64,000 nt of DNA from Pocillopora damicornis (GCF_003704095.1 NW_020844790.1:62001-126000), one strand, 5' to 3'; positions 13,381 through 26,272 are shown, counted from the stretch's first letter. The notes: generated from the sequence alone by a model not told the origin. Program-made: numbers and translations.

Positions 13381-15988
13381 TGAAATAAGATCTAGATTAG
13401 ACATGTACTTGCCGCTAATTAACTCCTAATTCATCTCCAAACAAAAACATGCCTCTTTTTCGACTGTAAAAGTTCTGAAATCATTTTAATTTTTAAAGAA
13501 AAGCAATTTCGATGTAATAAGTGACACCAGATGAGTATTTGAGCACAGATTATGACCCCCAGTAAAGAATGGCCCAGTGAAACAAACTGTGTTTTTCTGA
13601 TGGCGTGTCGAAGAGGAACAATGGATGCTCTGATTATTTCATGTGGAACTCTGTTGCATCTTTGAACTAAGTCAGTTTGTTAACTCAATAATTCTACCTG
13701 CTTCAGCACAGCTCAATCCCATTTGTATGACCGTGTTACGATGTTAATTAAGGGACGGTTGCATTTCTTTATACCGTTCCGTTTTTCCTAAATTTACATT
13801 TTCTTCCACAGGCCATGATCTCTTCGGAATAGCTACTTCAGGAAGGGAAAATTTTATCATTAACTCAGTTGATAAAACTAACACTAAAAACATTTCGCAC
13901 CTACTTACATTGGCGTGCCTCCTTGCGGCATAAGGTGGGTTATATTGCCTTTAGAATCATATCAACAAGCATTTGCTGCGATTACATATCTTTGAGTGAA
14001 TTGTCACAAGAACGTTAAGTGTTTTTAACCCATGATAAAAAAGAGGGTGGCGAAGACTCGTACACCAAACAGAAAGCTAAACTTGAGACACTGAGGAGAG
14101 GATGGAGACATTTCGCGCTTGACCCGTCTGTTTTCTTGTAAGATATCTTATTTAGATTTATTTAGATTATCAGTGTAGCAATTGTCAACAAAACATTAAG
14201 AGCCTCTTCAATTAATAACTTAGAGTCCATGCAATATTCAGTCAACAATGAAATACAATCGTTGCTACCAAGAACATGAATACAAAAGCTTGTAATAAGC
14301 CCTTTTTCACTCATGAAAGTGAGCTTGAAAATCGTATCCAGTGTGTGGTTTTAAGACGAGGTTTGATCGCTCAGGCGTTGGTAGTTCTCTTAATTTTTGT
14401 GTCTTCTGTGCCTTCCAGCAAGGCCGTTGGCGTTACGCTATGGTGACTCGTCTCTGGTTCAGCTAAGAATATGGCCATCTTCGAACGAATCTGATCGAGT
14501 TTCTTCGGATTAATCATTTTTTTTTTGTTTTTTTGTTTATTGATGTTTTTTTTGGGGGGCCAACCTCTGCATTTCGACTTGTCATCGATTTGAGCGTAAA
14601 AGCTACGTCGTCAAAAGTTCTCACATGTGAGCTTTACTCTAAACTTATCCAACATATCCTTTGTAGAAGAATGTAAATTGAAAAGAAAAAATTGAAAAAA
14701 AAAAGAAAAAGGAAGACAAAACAGTTTAACGTGGAGAAAGCTCGAATATTATAGGTATATTGATTGTGCTAGGTAAGTAGAGCGTACAAGGCGGCGAAGT
14801 TTTGTGTAATAACACATCTGACGCACATTTATTACATGTACCTATTCTAGTAATTTACTGCCCTGTCTCCAGCCTGTCAATTGACCAGTGTACAAACTCT
14901 GTTCTAAGCGAATCCTCCTTTTGACAAGAGCTGTTCATCACAATCCCTTTATTTTATACCGTATTGTTTTTTTTTTTTCAGCAATACTCTACAGCTATTC
15001 AAGTAGACACATGCAGTCAGAAATTAATAAGCGCAAGATGTCTTTAAATTTCTATGCTTTCGAACATCTTACTAGAATAAATCAACTGGAGTTTTTGATG
15101 GTCTGGTCTGGACTTGAGAAACATCACCCAAGAAAGAAAGAGTACTTATGATTCATTTCAGAAAGTTGTCTAACAAGTGTTTTTAGATAGATTATGGCGA
15201 ACCTCTCATTACACGCGTATCAAAATTAATATGCTTTCCAAACCCCTTATATATCACACCATTTAGGAATACAAACGATTTCTTGCATGTAGTGTGTTAC
15301 GAGCAGCAAGCTTGTCAACTTTTGAAATTTTCGAAGTCGCAAGAGGTCAAAAAAAGGCCTTATTGAGAGCTCTCAAATTTTTTTTTAACGTATTCCCAGA
15401 AATCAATGTGGTTTATGGTTTTATTTACTTACTACCAAAGATAGTTTAACGGGCAAAACTTTTTTCCGATGCGAAACGCCTTGGACCGCTCTTACAGAGA
15501 TCGCCACCTAATTGTTTTATGTTACGAGATTGAGTAGCGTGAGTGATGATTGATTAATTCACCTCTTCGGCGTTAGATTTCACTTGTAGTCTGACGTGAC
15601 TCATTCGAACACAAGTGGACATTCGAACACAAGTGCACGGTTTCGGTTCCTAAGTGTACTTCAAGAATGGTTATGACAAAGAGATGCACTTATGGTAATT
15701 GAAAAAAAAAAAAAAGAAAAACGATTCCCGATACCCCAACTCCTGGGTAAGAGACACAAAGGGTGATCCGGTCAAGTATTTCCATTTTCCTTTTTTTCAA
15801 TGATAAACTACTGTCCTATGAGCAGCACTGTACGAATTGAAATTGTAAATAATAGTTTATTCTCCCGCGCGTTTCGTCTGACAATGGGAGACTTCGTCAG
15901 GGAGTTGTAACAAGTCGGAAAAATAAGCTTGCCTATATCCACATAGAAAATACGATGTCCATTCTCGACCGTGAAGCAAAGTGTTAAG

Positions 15989-16171
15989 TAGCCAGCGAGA
16001 CAAGCGCAAGGCGAGCGCGAAGCGCTAATCACGCGCGAGGGGAGAAGTGCGAAATGTTTTTTAATTCAGGTGCTCCTCCCCTCACGCGTGACTCGCACTC
16101 GGTGCTCGCCTCGTTCTTGCCTCCGTTTTGAATGAAAAACACAAAAAACTTACGCCTGTCCTACATGCTAA
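15989..16171. repeat. GC-rich MITE-like repeat ~350 bp upstream of the Eph-like B start
   Basis: tagc..gcta termini with internally self-complementary gcgagcgc/gctcgc and gaggggag/ctcccctc segments. Confidence 0.5.
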
Positions 16172-16512
16172 TTGTGAAGCAAGCACAAAGTATCTGCAAG
16201 GTGTGACAAGGGTGATGTACATGCGTGACATTTTTCGGACTTTACATGCATGGATGGGTACGTGGGTACGTGATGTGTCTAGGATCATAGATTAAGTAGT
16301 GGGCGTTGCAATTAGAGAACTTATCATGTCGAATTCAGCTCGACTGGTTTTCATAACAGCGATTAAAGCGATACATGTGTTTTGAATGCAGCTTTCGGCT
16401 GGCTTTAATTGCTTAAAGTTCGCTAATCTCGAGTTTTGTTTCATAAGGAATATCAAGGACTTCATTACACTGTACATATTCGCGTATCACATCTGAGGCA
16501 CCGTTAAAAGAC

Positions 16513-19500
16513 ATGGAGATTGATAGATCAATGTTTCTTCGCCATAAGGCGATACCTCTACTTTCGTTGATTCAAGCAATCTTGGTCGTTCGTCTTGTTT
16601 CCTCCGAGACGGGTGAGTCAATGCAATTGTATTTAAGTAACCAATGGTATGTTTTAAGTGCTTTTTTTACTATAGTTCTCCAAAACGGACCTCATGAAGT
16701 CGAATGTTTCCGTGTCAGTTTCCGATGTCAAAATGCTAACTTGAGGCTATATCCTGTGTCTGGATTGAAACGCCTCTTTCTCTTATTTGTCTTTTAGTTA
16801 TTCTAGATTCTCATTCTCGATACGACCAATCATGGGATTGGCTAACCACATATGAACTGGCGACTGGTAGCGGGGTAAGAAGCTTCTTTCAAAGTGATCT
16901 AAATGTAGTGGCTCAGTAATGTGGGATTCAATATTTGTGGTTTCAAGTTCCAGATTTAACCGCTGTCATTCATTTTGTTGTGATCTTGGGCAAGAAACCA
17001 CAGCGTCACAGTACCTCATTCCGTCACAGGAGTATGCATAAATGGGCAGCTAGAAACTAAGAGGGAAACCTGATGAAGGTTGGATGAGATAGTTTATCAT
17101 TCTGTCCAAGAGCACACAGCAATTTTCCTGGACGCTTCAAGCCAATGGGAATGGAATAAGCTTTGGCGGCAATGAGGTGGCCACTTGAAGCTGCAAGAAT
17201 CTGGTCATTATGGTGGAATAAACGGTTTTAAGTCATTTTTTCTGTCATTTCTCTTTAGTGGGGCCGCAGTTCACAAACAGGAGAGTACCTCGTCTGTGAT
17301 CTTCCAGAAACTGCAACGAAAAGCACCAACAGTTGGCTAATTTCAAATTTCATTGACCTGCAAGGCGCAGTATCAGTAACTGTTCAACTAGAATTCACTG
17401 CGAGACAATGTGACCGTCAGTCACTTCCTTTCTGCAAGGAATCATTCATGTTATATGTCTACCAAACAGACCAAAGGTTAATATCTGGAGTGCAGAAATC
17501 AACGATTCTGGCTGGACATTTTACGTTCGCTGCAACCATCGCTCCTATTCACGTGTGGAATTCTGCTCAGGCGAGAATAACAAACAAAGCAGCAGTTGGA
17601 CTCACTGTTCAAAGCAAAGGACTTTATTTAGGATTTCGAGACATAGGAGGGTGTATCGCACTCGGGAAAGTTCAAGTTGTTTCCAACTTTTGTCCTGGGA
17701 AAATCATTGGTGGGGCAAGTTATAATAGAACCCCTTCTCCTCCAAATGGACATGCTGTCAAGGTAAATGGTAACTGTGCAGTAAACTCAGAGAGTCCGCA
17801 TAACGCGAACACACTACACATGCAGTGTCAAAGCAATGGAACCTGGAATAGGCCAGCAAGTGCCGCTACTTGTCTGTGTAAACCTGGTTATCAAATCACT
17901 TCTCAGGGATGCCAAGGTACATAACTTGATCCCTATTATAATGTAGACTCACAATTAGAGGTATTAATTAAATCTAGAATATGTTGTAGTTCATCATGGC
18001 TATATAGATAAATGAATGTTTAGCCGTTTGTCTCTCGATGTTGATTAAAGCAGTAAGTATCTTGACTCTACGTCCGAGGCAAACGATTAAACGTTTAAAT
18101 CAAACATAGTTACCGAAAAACAGACAAAATGGACTTTTGGGTAACCAGACAGGCTGATAGGCAGACATCGATCGACAAGCGCAAGGACAGCAAGAAAGAT
18201 AGACAGACCGGCTTGGAGACTGCAAGACGGACTGAATGACTACTGGTGCCCCATTTATACAACCAACCAACTAGAAAACCGTCAGCGAACAAACAGGAGA
18301 CAATTCAGACAAACAGACAAAGAGATAGACAAGGAAACATGCAGACTGATAGAGAGAAATTGGAAGAAAAAAGCACGCGATATTTCTTTGAATACATAGT
18401 TAGGTTCCAACAAATTAATTTGATTATTTTCAATCAAAATTTTGCTCACAGAATGTCCTAGTGGAAAATTCAAACCCAGCCTAAGCAATTCAGAGTGCAG
18501 CAGCTGCCCGGTGAATACTAATTCCAACAACTCTAGACAGCAATGTGAATGCAATGCAGGATTTTATCGGGGCCCAAAAGACAAAAAAGAAGGAAAATGT
18601 ACAGGTAATGCAAACGACATGTTGCTAGTAGGCACTATAATGCCTGGCATCTGTTCAGTTATGCTTTGCAAATGACATTGTGTTGGTGACAAAAAGACTT
18701 TCAGTCACAGAAAACCCACGGAAATATGAGATCGATCTGCTTTACACCTTAAATAGAAAAATAAATAAGTATAACTAAAAACGCCTCCGTTTGCTTGATG
18801 ATTGGCAACCTTTCACTCAAAATAACAACAGAAATCTTGTAATTCATCACTAAGAAGTTGTGCGAAAGGCCCCCTTTCCCCTAAGACAATGTTGTATGAA
18901 ATTAGTCGTCATTATGTTAACACCAGACTACATTGAATTAAGGAAGAAGGAGATATATGAAAGTTAAAGTAAGAATTTCAAAAGAAGTGGAACGTGTCAA
19001 GAATGTTGTCGGATATTGTACATAGTTCGAAGTTTCCATTTGATTCTTTAAAAAAAGAAACAATCTTTCACGTTTTCTTTCATTTGCTTCAGCACCGCCA
19101 TCAGCTGCAAGAAATTTATCAATAATATTTCAAGACCAATCCGTAATCGTTGTTGCTTGGCTGCCGCCTTTAGACAACGGAGGGAGAGAAGACGTCGTCT
19201 ACGACATCAACTGCTTTCAATGTGATCCAGGTCCACACTGCAGAAACAAGCAACTCTGTGGTGGGAAACTAGAATTTTGGCCAGTGAGGTTTAATAATCA
19301 TTTTACGCATGTTACACTGACAGGATTACAACCCAACACATCATACATGCTTAGGGTTACTGCTGAAAACGGAGTGAGTTACTTGTATGGGCCTAGTCCG
19401 AGTAGGAATGCTGAGATTCAGTTTGGAACAAGGATTTCAGGTAACTATGCTGTATTCTGTTATAAAAAAAAAACTGCATAAAGTTTAGTGGTGAGCTAAG

Positions 19501-21160
19501 GCAGATTTGCATTATGGACAGAGTCTATATATAAACACTTAAATTAATTTGAACAAGAAAGTCAAGTTGCTATGCAGTCCTTTCTTTGTTTCCCAATAGA
19601 TTCAAAATCTGATTTACGTCACATTATTGTTAAATCTCACTTGAAATCCTTGGTCAGGTTTGCCCTGTAGCATTCTCTAGGGAGTCTAGTTCACTTATTT
19701 TGATCTAATAGCCTGTTGAGAGTGCATGGTTATCAAATTTCTGCTTTAAATAAAATACTTGACAATAGTGCGGAAAATTATTTCCTTGATTCTATTCACG
19801 TATAAGGAGAGGTACTCTCGGCTGCACTCATTCGTTAATTTTCTGATACTGCTTAGCCCGTGTGGAAATTGCAACACAATGTAGGCATTGCCAATGAAAT
19901 ATACTCAATAAAAGTATGTCTCTCTTTATTACAGCTAAAATGCTTTTGGATAAGACCTATGTTGATGACACTACAGCTGTTCTAACATGGAATTCCGTGG
20001 ATAATCCTCACGAGTTTTCAAGCTATGATCGCTATGAAATATCCTGCTTTAAATGTGATCAAGGCGGAGACAGTGTTAATCACCAATGTACAGAATCCTG
20101 TGGGGAAAAAATACGGTATTGGCCGGGTAAAGAAGGGCTCAAGGACAACCACGTGACTGTGTCGGAGCTGGAACCATCCACACTGTATAAGTTTGTTTTG
20201 TATGTCTGGAAATACCGTACTGCGTTGTCTTCAGTGTTGATCGAGACAAGTGCTTCCACAGAAGTTTCTCAGGGTAAGGTATTCAAGATATTTACCATTA
20301 GATTATAACTTTGGGAAAAGAGATCCAAAGAGAATAATCTAATGAGGTGCATAGCTAGCCTATGACCCGTAGGCCCAGATCTGCAATCTTTTTTCGCTCG
20401 CTTGACTCAGCGATATAACTCTTACAAAGGTTGAAACAAAAATTGGAATTTTTTTACGGCATACTCACGAGTAATTAAATAACAAAGGAAAAGCAAGAAT
20501 TAACCTCGTAACGTTAAAGCGCTAGGTTAGCACGTTTCCAGGTCTCTAAAAATGCCTTCAGCCAGTCAAAAAGCTGGATAGGGGCCTTCTAATTGTTTTG
20601 AAACAAATCTATCAATCGCTAAAAACTTGATGATGAGAGAGACTCATGATTAGATTAATTACTTTCCTCACCATCTATCAGGGAATAGACAGCCATTAGC
20701 GTCACCAGTCAGGTTTTTAATCGAGTAAATAATATTACTGTGAAACTCACACACTCAAAATGGCAGAGTTGCCTTTCAGTCACTTTTGAAAGACCATCTA
20801 CAATCTGTCACAACCATTTTAGGCACCTTGAAGTATTCAAATTCTTTTAAAGGTGAGGAGAAATAATTCATAGTAACTTACAAATTCTTAACTGTATTTA
20901 CTTCAGGTGGACAATTCTTTAACCTACCGACAATAATTGCCTTAATACTGGCAGGTATATTATTCATTGTTGCTGTGATTATATTGCTGGTCACTTGCCA
21001 TCTCAGAAGACGCTGGTACAACACTGGCAAATCCGTGGGTTCAGATAATAATGGCTCTAACGAGGGTACTTACTCCATTGAAAATACTGACAACACAATA
21101 ATTATGGAAGAAATACTACATGACATTGACCACTCTACAGCGGGGAATCAAATGCGTTAA
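16513..21160 (+). CDS. Eph-receptor-like single-pass membrane protein B, lacking kinase and SAM (~642 aa). Exons 16513-16612, 16798-16874, 17259-17916, 18452-18604, 19093-19440, 19935-20273, 20907-21160
   Basis: Seven GT-AG exons in phases 1,0,1,1,1,1 sum to 1929 nt. Signal peptide; VILDS..SWDWLT..GSG|W; LBD (YLVCD..NSWLISNFI, CKESFMLY, GLYLGFRDIGGCIAL); Sushi and EGF (ECPSGKFKP..CECNAGFYRG); two FN3 domains; TM (IIALILAGILFIVAVIILLV) followed by RRR and a ~50-aa tail ending in a stop at 21158-21160. Confidence 0.9.
16905..17190 (+). mobile_element. Degenerate tRNA-derived SINE in intron 2 of Eph-like B
   Basis: A/B-box-like gtggctcagt..ggtttcaagttcc followed by ttgtgatcttgggcaaga..cacagtacctc..caggagta..taaatggg, resembling the conserved central domain of metazoan SINEs (recognised by eye). 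Confidence 0.55.
18118..18360 (+). repeat. Decayed (GACA/GATA)n microsatellite in intron 3 of Eph-like B
   Basis: Many cagac/gacag/gatag units. Confidence 0.6.
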
Positions 21161-21212
21161 AAACTGTCAGAATGCAGGAATGGTTCAGCATCAAAGTTGA
21201 AGTGATTTCGTT

Positions 21213-21440
21213 GTTAGCCTCTAAATTCCCATGAGTGACCAAGACAGAATTTCTCCTTACAATATCAATACAATATCAAGCAGATAGGTGATGAGAATTA
21301 AGAAAAATTTCAATTATATTAGCTAATAGTGGATCAGTTTATTGATCCAAAACCAAATTCTCCAAACTAACATCAAAAGAATTGTATGTTAGACAGTAGG
21401 AATAATTACTCACAAGATCTTGGGCAGACCAGGGGTTAAC
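21213..21440. repeat. ~220-bp MITE-like repeat (family copy 2), just 3' of the Eph-like B stop
   Basis: Aligns by eye with 2178-2390. Confidence 0.8.
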
Positions 21441-23283
21441 GATTTGTCTTTAGTTATCTATCTATAATGGGACTGAAGAGTTATTTTGTAAACAAAATTC
21501 GATATCTATTATATATTATTATATCTATAATCCCTTTTCTTTGTTGTTCTATGAATTGTTCTGCCATCAAACGCCGACGAAGCACGGCAGCACGATAAAA
21601 AAAGGAATTTACTGCGTTCGATTACAATAAAGTATTATTGATTTTATTATAGCTTAGACACTTGTTTATGAATTTGAAAACAATTTTAGCGTATATAGAC
21701 TTGGAATATTGGCAACCCAAAGGATACCCTGGGTTGCCTACATTCACGCATTTTTTAGGGGTGTCCAAGTCTCCTGTCTAAATAACTTTAGACAGGAGAA
21801 TTATTTGGCTATAAAAGTTATGCCAGATGTCCTAGCTACGGGGCATTCTTCCTTCACAAAATCAATGTCGGATTCAATAATGTGTTACTGTATTACACTT
21901 AAAATTATCATAGTTTTGACTTCAACTGAATATTGGACAGAAATTTGGTAAAAGTGAACGTCACTTTGACTTCTAGGGAAACAAAAAATCGAGCACTTTT
22001 CACTTATGCAAACAAGAAATTTATATTTGAGGGATCTTTGGTTTTTCTTCGATGTCTTTAAGGGCCGCCGAAGTAAAATTGATATATGTTGTTTTTACTC
22101 TCCAATAATTTCTTTGTTTCATTATCTGTATCAATAACAGAGTAAAGGCGCCAGGAATACAAAACAAAAAAAATGACATGTGTTTTCATTTCCTCAGAAG
22201 GAAAATTATTGCTTTATTTTGTAAACATAAAATTACTTTCGGTCGAATTGGTTATATTTGATGCATACAACAGCTTTTGTTTTGTTTTGTTTTTTTTAAC
22301 CAAGTCTGATTGCACCAAGTAACGCCATTATGATATGACAGCACCAATGGCAACCCTTTATTTCAAATATGTTACCAAAATTAAAAATTCCACAAATCAA
22401 TCACAAATTTTTTAACGTCATTTTCTTCAGACTACCTACATTGCTTTCCAGCCATTAGTGATTTCTGCACCTCCATCAAGCGATTCGACTGTAACCTTCC
22501 TAGCCCTAATATTGTTTGACATTAGTAAGAATTGCTTGGTTTTTTCTGGGAAAATCTATTCCTCTTATTACTTAATTATTTCTCAGTTTGAAAAGATAAT
22601 TGCAAAATCAAAATTAAATATTTCTAGATCACTCTATTCACGGGAGGTATCTCCTCAATGGTGTTACTCCACCATGTGTCGCACGCCAGAAAACAGGTTC
22701 ATTTTTTTTTGTTTTTTGAATTTAAATTATTCTTTCATTCCTTAGATGTACATGTACATGTATTATAGAAATGCTTATTTCTAGAAAAGAATCTACTTAT
22801 TTAGCTTATCTTATGAGCTTATGGTCTCTTCAATGTGTTTCCACATCAACCCTGCAGTGAAACAAACTGGCGCCCTGATGTAGGGTCTCATAGTTATAGA
22901 ACAAAATAATTTTCAATCATCCTTCACCACTCACACATACGCAAATACCGGTTTCTCTGTAACAATTTTTTTACAAACGCTAAACTTGGCTTAAATAGAG
23001 TACAGGTGGGATGAACAACCAAATTAATTAACAACACATTCAAATAAATTTTTTGCAAACCACGTTTGTTGCCTCTCTTTAGCGTAAGAACCTTTCCAAT
23101 ACATTTCTGAACGAGATCCATTTTTACGAACTCTCCAGGTTTACAAAACTTGTAAAATATCTGCAGTCAAGAAAAGTTGCTAAAGGTATTTCGCAGATGT
23201 CCCCTTTCTGGTTATTTCGTACCAAGAGTTCATGCTAAGAGTTCATGCCCTCGCTCTCTAGTAGTGGATGATTGTCAAATTTT

Positions 23284-24288
23284 CTAACGAAAACCACAGA
23301 ACAGCAAACGTTTATAACCTTTTCGAAACTTTTCGTTGAAAACTGCGTACAAACAAGGATTGAAAGCGCTATTGCTGTGTGCCAGGAAAATGCGCCAAAA
23401 TCTTAAATAACATGGCACTGGATTAAACACAATTTGCGCAACAAAGTATGTCAACCAACAAAACAAAAAAGCAGCGGTGACCGTCAGTAGCATGTGTATT
23501 ACCTTTCTGCTTGCTTTGTCTCGACTTTTCTTTACAAGCTTGGCTATTTCTTTGTCGCCAGGCACTTTTGAGCGCCTCAAGGTTACCACTATCACAGAAT
23601 AAGAGGCGAGGATGACAGTGAATGGGAGAGCGTAGAAGGCAGTTAAAAGGAAAGTGTAATAAATTTCTCTTGCGTTTACGCGTTCAAATGTTCTTGTAAG
23701 ATTTGCACCACATGTAAATTCGCCTCTTTCTTCGTGAAACGTTATCCTAAGTGAATAAAAGTAAGGAAAACGAACGGCCAAAGCAACGAACCAAACGAAC
23801 GCGATAACAAACTTCGAAGATTTGACAGTGAATAGTTCCTGTTTCAAAGGGAAGACAATAGCAAAAAATCTATCTATGGCCAATGTCATCAGCGTAAGAA
23901 TCGAAACTAAAATGCCGACGCCGTGTAAATATGGAACGAGTTTACATAGCACTGAGCCAAACGTGTCTTCCACCAACCATTCACTTCCTCGTAACCACAT
24001 AACAATGAGCCGTGGCATGTACACCAGAGTGATAATCAAATCTGTAGCTGCCAGGTTCACAATGAAACAGTGAAAAGATTTTCGCATCGTTCTGTTACGC
24101 CGCACTACCATAATTGTCATGGTGTTACCCAGGGCTGATACCAAAATAATAACACAGTAAACAGCGACTCTTGTCACTCGTATGGCCGTGCTATTGCGAT
24201 CGAAGCAACCTTCTTCAGAAGTAATGTTATGTACCGGTCCATTTAAGTTTGCATCGTCGAAAAAATTGTCAAGTGAGAAGTTGACCAT
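23284..24288 (-). CDS. Intronless rhodopsin-class GPCR, neuropeptide-receptor-like (RFamide/tachykinin/QRFP-type similarity), 334 aa
   Basis: Seven hydrophobic segments; GN (TM1), NLAATD (TM2), ECL1 W..G..LCK, DRF (TM3), FCW (TM6), SNS..NPCLY..FN..FR (TM7/helix 8); N-terminal N-glycosylation sequons. Confidence 0.92.
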   Translation of the reverse strand: MVNFSLDNFFDDANLNGPVHNITSEEGCFDRNSTAIRVTRVAVYCVIILVSALGNTMTIMVVRRNRTMRKSFHCFIVNLAATDLIITLVYMPRLIVMWLRGSEWLVEDTFGSVLCKLVPYLHGVGILVSILTLMTLAIDRFFAIVFPLKQELFTVKSSKFVIAFVWFVALAVRFPYFYSLRITFHEERGEFTCGANLTRTFERVNAREIYYTFLLTAFYALPFTVILASYSVIVVTLRRSKVPGDKEIAKLVKKSRDKASRKVIHMLLTVTAAFLFCWLTYFVAQIVFNPVPCYLRFWRIFLAHSNSAFNPCLYAVFNEKFRKGYKRLLFCGFR

Positions 24289-26065
24289 AGTGAAACTTGA
24301 AGGACAGAAAGCTCACGTTTTTTTGCTCCTCAAAAGTTAGTCTCTTAATCCGACTTCAAGGTTGCAAGTCAACTAAAAGTTACCTTCAATTTGTAACAAC
24401 ATCAGCTTATCACAATGGACTTCCCTGACTTAGGCGGTAATGATTTGATTTGTTTGTGCATGAATTTTACAAAGATTAATTCGTTACTTAAAGTAACTTC
24501 CTTTTGTCAATACATTGTTTACAGTCATGAGAAAGATATTAAGCTAAAACTAATATAATTTTTGACTCAAGATAAATACGAAATTTCGTGCATGACACAG
24601 CTGTTTTGTAAAAAGTAGACAGTAACTTCGAAGTGCATTTCACTTATCAGAATTAAGCCGCAAAATAAATTTTCGAAACGTTCGGTGAGAAACTCTGCTG
24701 GATTGGTTTGATAATTTGTATTTCTATAGGTGTTATCAGAGCGTCTATTGAAAGAGCCTGTGGCGCCGAAAGTTCAACAAAAAGGCTATGAATTTTAAGT
24801 GGAGAAAATTTCGGGCCTTCAGCACCCAGTCGCCTTTGTCCTTTGTGTATCGGGTTACATTAATTATCATTTGGATTTTTGGTGGATTTTCTTATGACTC
24901 GGAAGTGTTTTATTAAACGGAAATTGTACTTGAAAAGTGTCACCCTTAAGTGCAAATAATAAGGGTACAAAAGCAAAGAGAGAAATATCGCTCTCTTAAA
25001 AAAAAATAGTAAAAGGAAAAGATACTAAACGGTGACTCAATTTAACAATGCGTTACCTAACAAAAGCAAGTTTGGCTTACACGAATGAGTAATTCATCTC
25101 ATTGCTGTTGCTTTATTCTAGCCTCCATGGCCACAAAACTTTTCAATTATTAATGCATTGTACTTTCTAGTCTATTATCATGTAAATGTATCTCCTTTTT
25201 TTTAGGTAATCGAGCTCCCATCTGGCCTCGTTTTGAAAGAGAGGCCAGATAGCCACCAGACATGAGTAATTAGCTTTCACTGCACTGATAGGAAAATCTT
25301 TTGAATAAAGGATAGATAACTGTATATATCCTCTAGACAAAAAAAAAAGGAAAAAAAATCGCATTTCATATTTTTTGTAAAAAACGGGATGAAGTTTGAT
25401 TTAATCAACAGTGCCTTCTTTAATATCCTAAACCACACGTGTAAAGATGTTACGTTTGGGTTGGTAGGACTTACACGGAAATGATGCAGCACCCAAAAAA
25501 ATAAACAGATTTAGTTGTAATCATTATGGATGTTGTTTCATAATATTAGGAGTTTATCATTATGATTTTGATGAGAATGATCCAGTTAACTGAACTTGAG
25601 CACCCCTAAGCATAAAGGACAGTGATACGAAGGAGAGTTGCATCTTAAGGCTTACACCTGTACGTTACAAGCCGTGTACCTAGGTTATTAAATAGGAAAA
25701 TTTCATAATTTAAACGCTATGATTATGAAAACGAAATCATTACATGCTCGTGGGGTCGTGTGTAACGAGCTAGAAGTGTAGGTAATAACATGATTTCGAG
25801 TGCAATTTGGTGTTAATAAGGACGAGTGAATTTTTCAAAGATAACAAAAAATACACGAACCCGTAGAACAAGAGCAATTTGTAGTCTTTGAAAAATGTAC
25901 AAGACATTATTAAACCAAACTGCAAGAGAAATCATGTTATCACTTGTTAATAATGTACACGAAAAAAATATTACAAAAAGTCAAGACAGACGAAATATCG
26001 AAAGCCCGCGCGCTATTGGTAATTTGAACTCTTATTACAACTTTTAACTCGTGCTACATGAAAAG

Positions 26066-26272
26066 GAATAAAGGGGATAATTTTCTAAAGAAACTGTGGT
26101 TCTGCGTCGGTGGGAGAGCATAACAGGATAATTTAGTGTTATCAATTGAGTTGAAAACGTAAATTCCTCCAATCGTTCTGACAAAGGGCTAACGCTCGAA
26201 ACGTCAGCCTTCAAACTAAGGTGGCCAATTTACGTTTTCAACTCAGTTAATAACACTAAATCACCCTGTTAT
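26066..26272. repeat. Penelope-like repeat copy nested in another dispersed repeat (~25780-26330)
   Basis: tttctaaagaaactgtggttctgcgtcggtgggag..ctgacaaagggctaacgctcgaaacgtcagc..tttacgttttcaactcagtt with partial inverted arms. Confidence 0.72.

Noticed and set aside
18110-18461. ORFs rich in Q/T/D/R or L/S/V/C
   Set aside because: Translations of a decayed GACA microsatellite.
19950-19970. KTYVDD resembles the Eph juxtamembrane motif KTYVDP
   Set aside because: It lies in the extracellular FN3 exon before the TM, so the match is coincidental.
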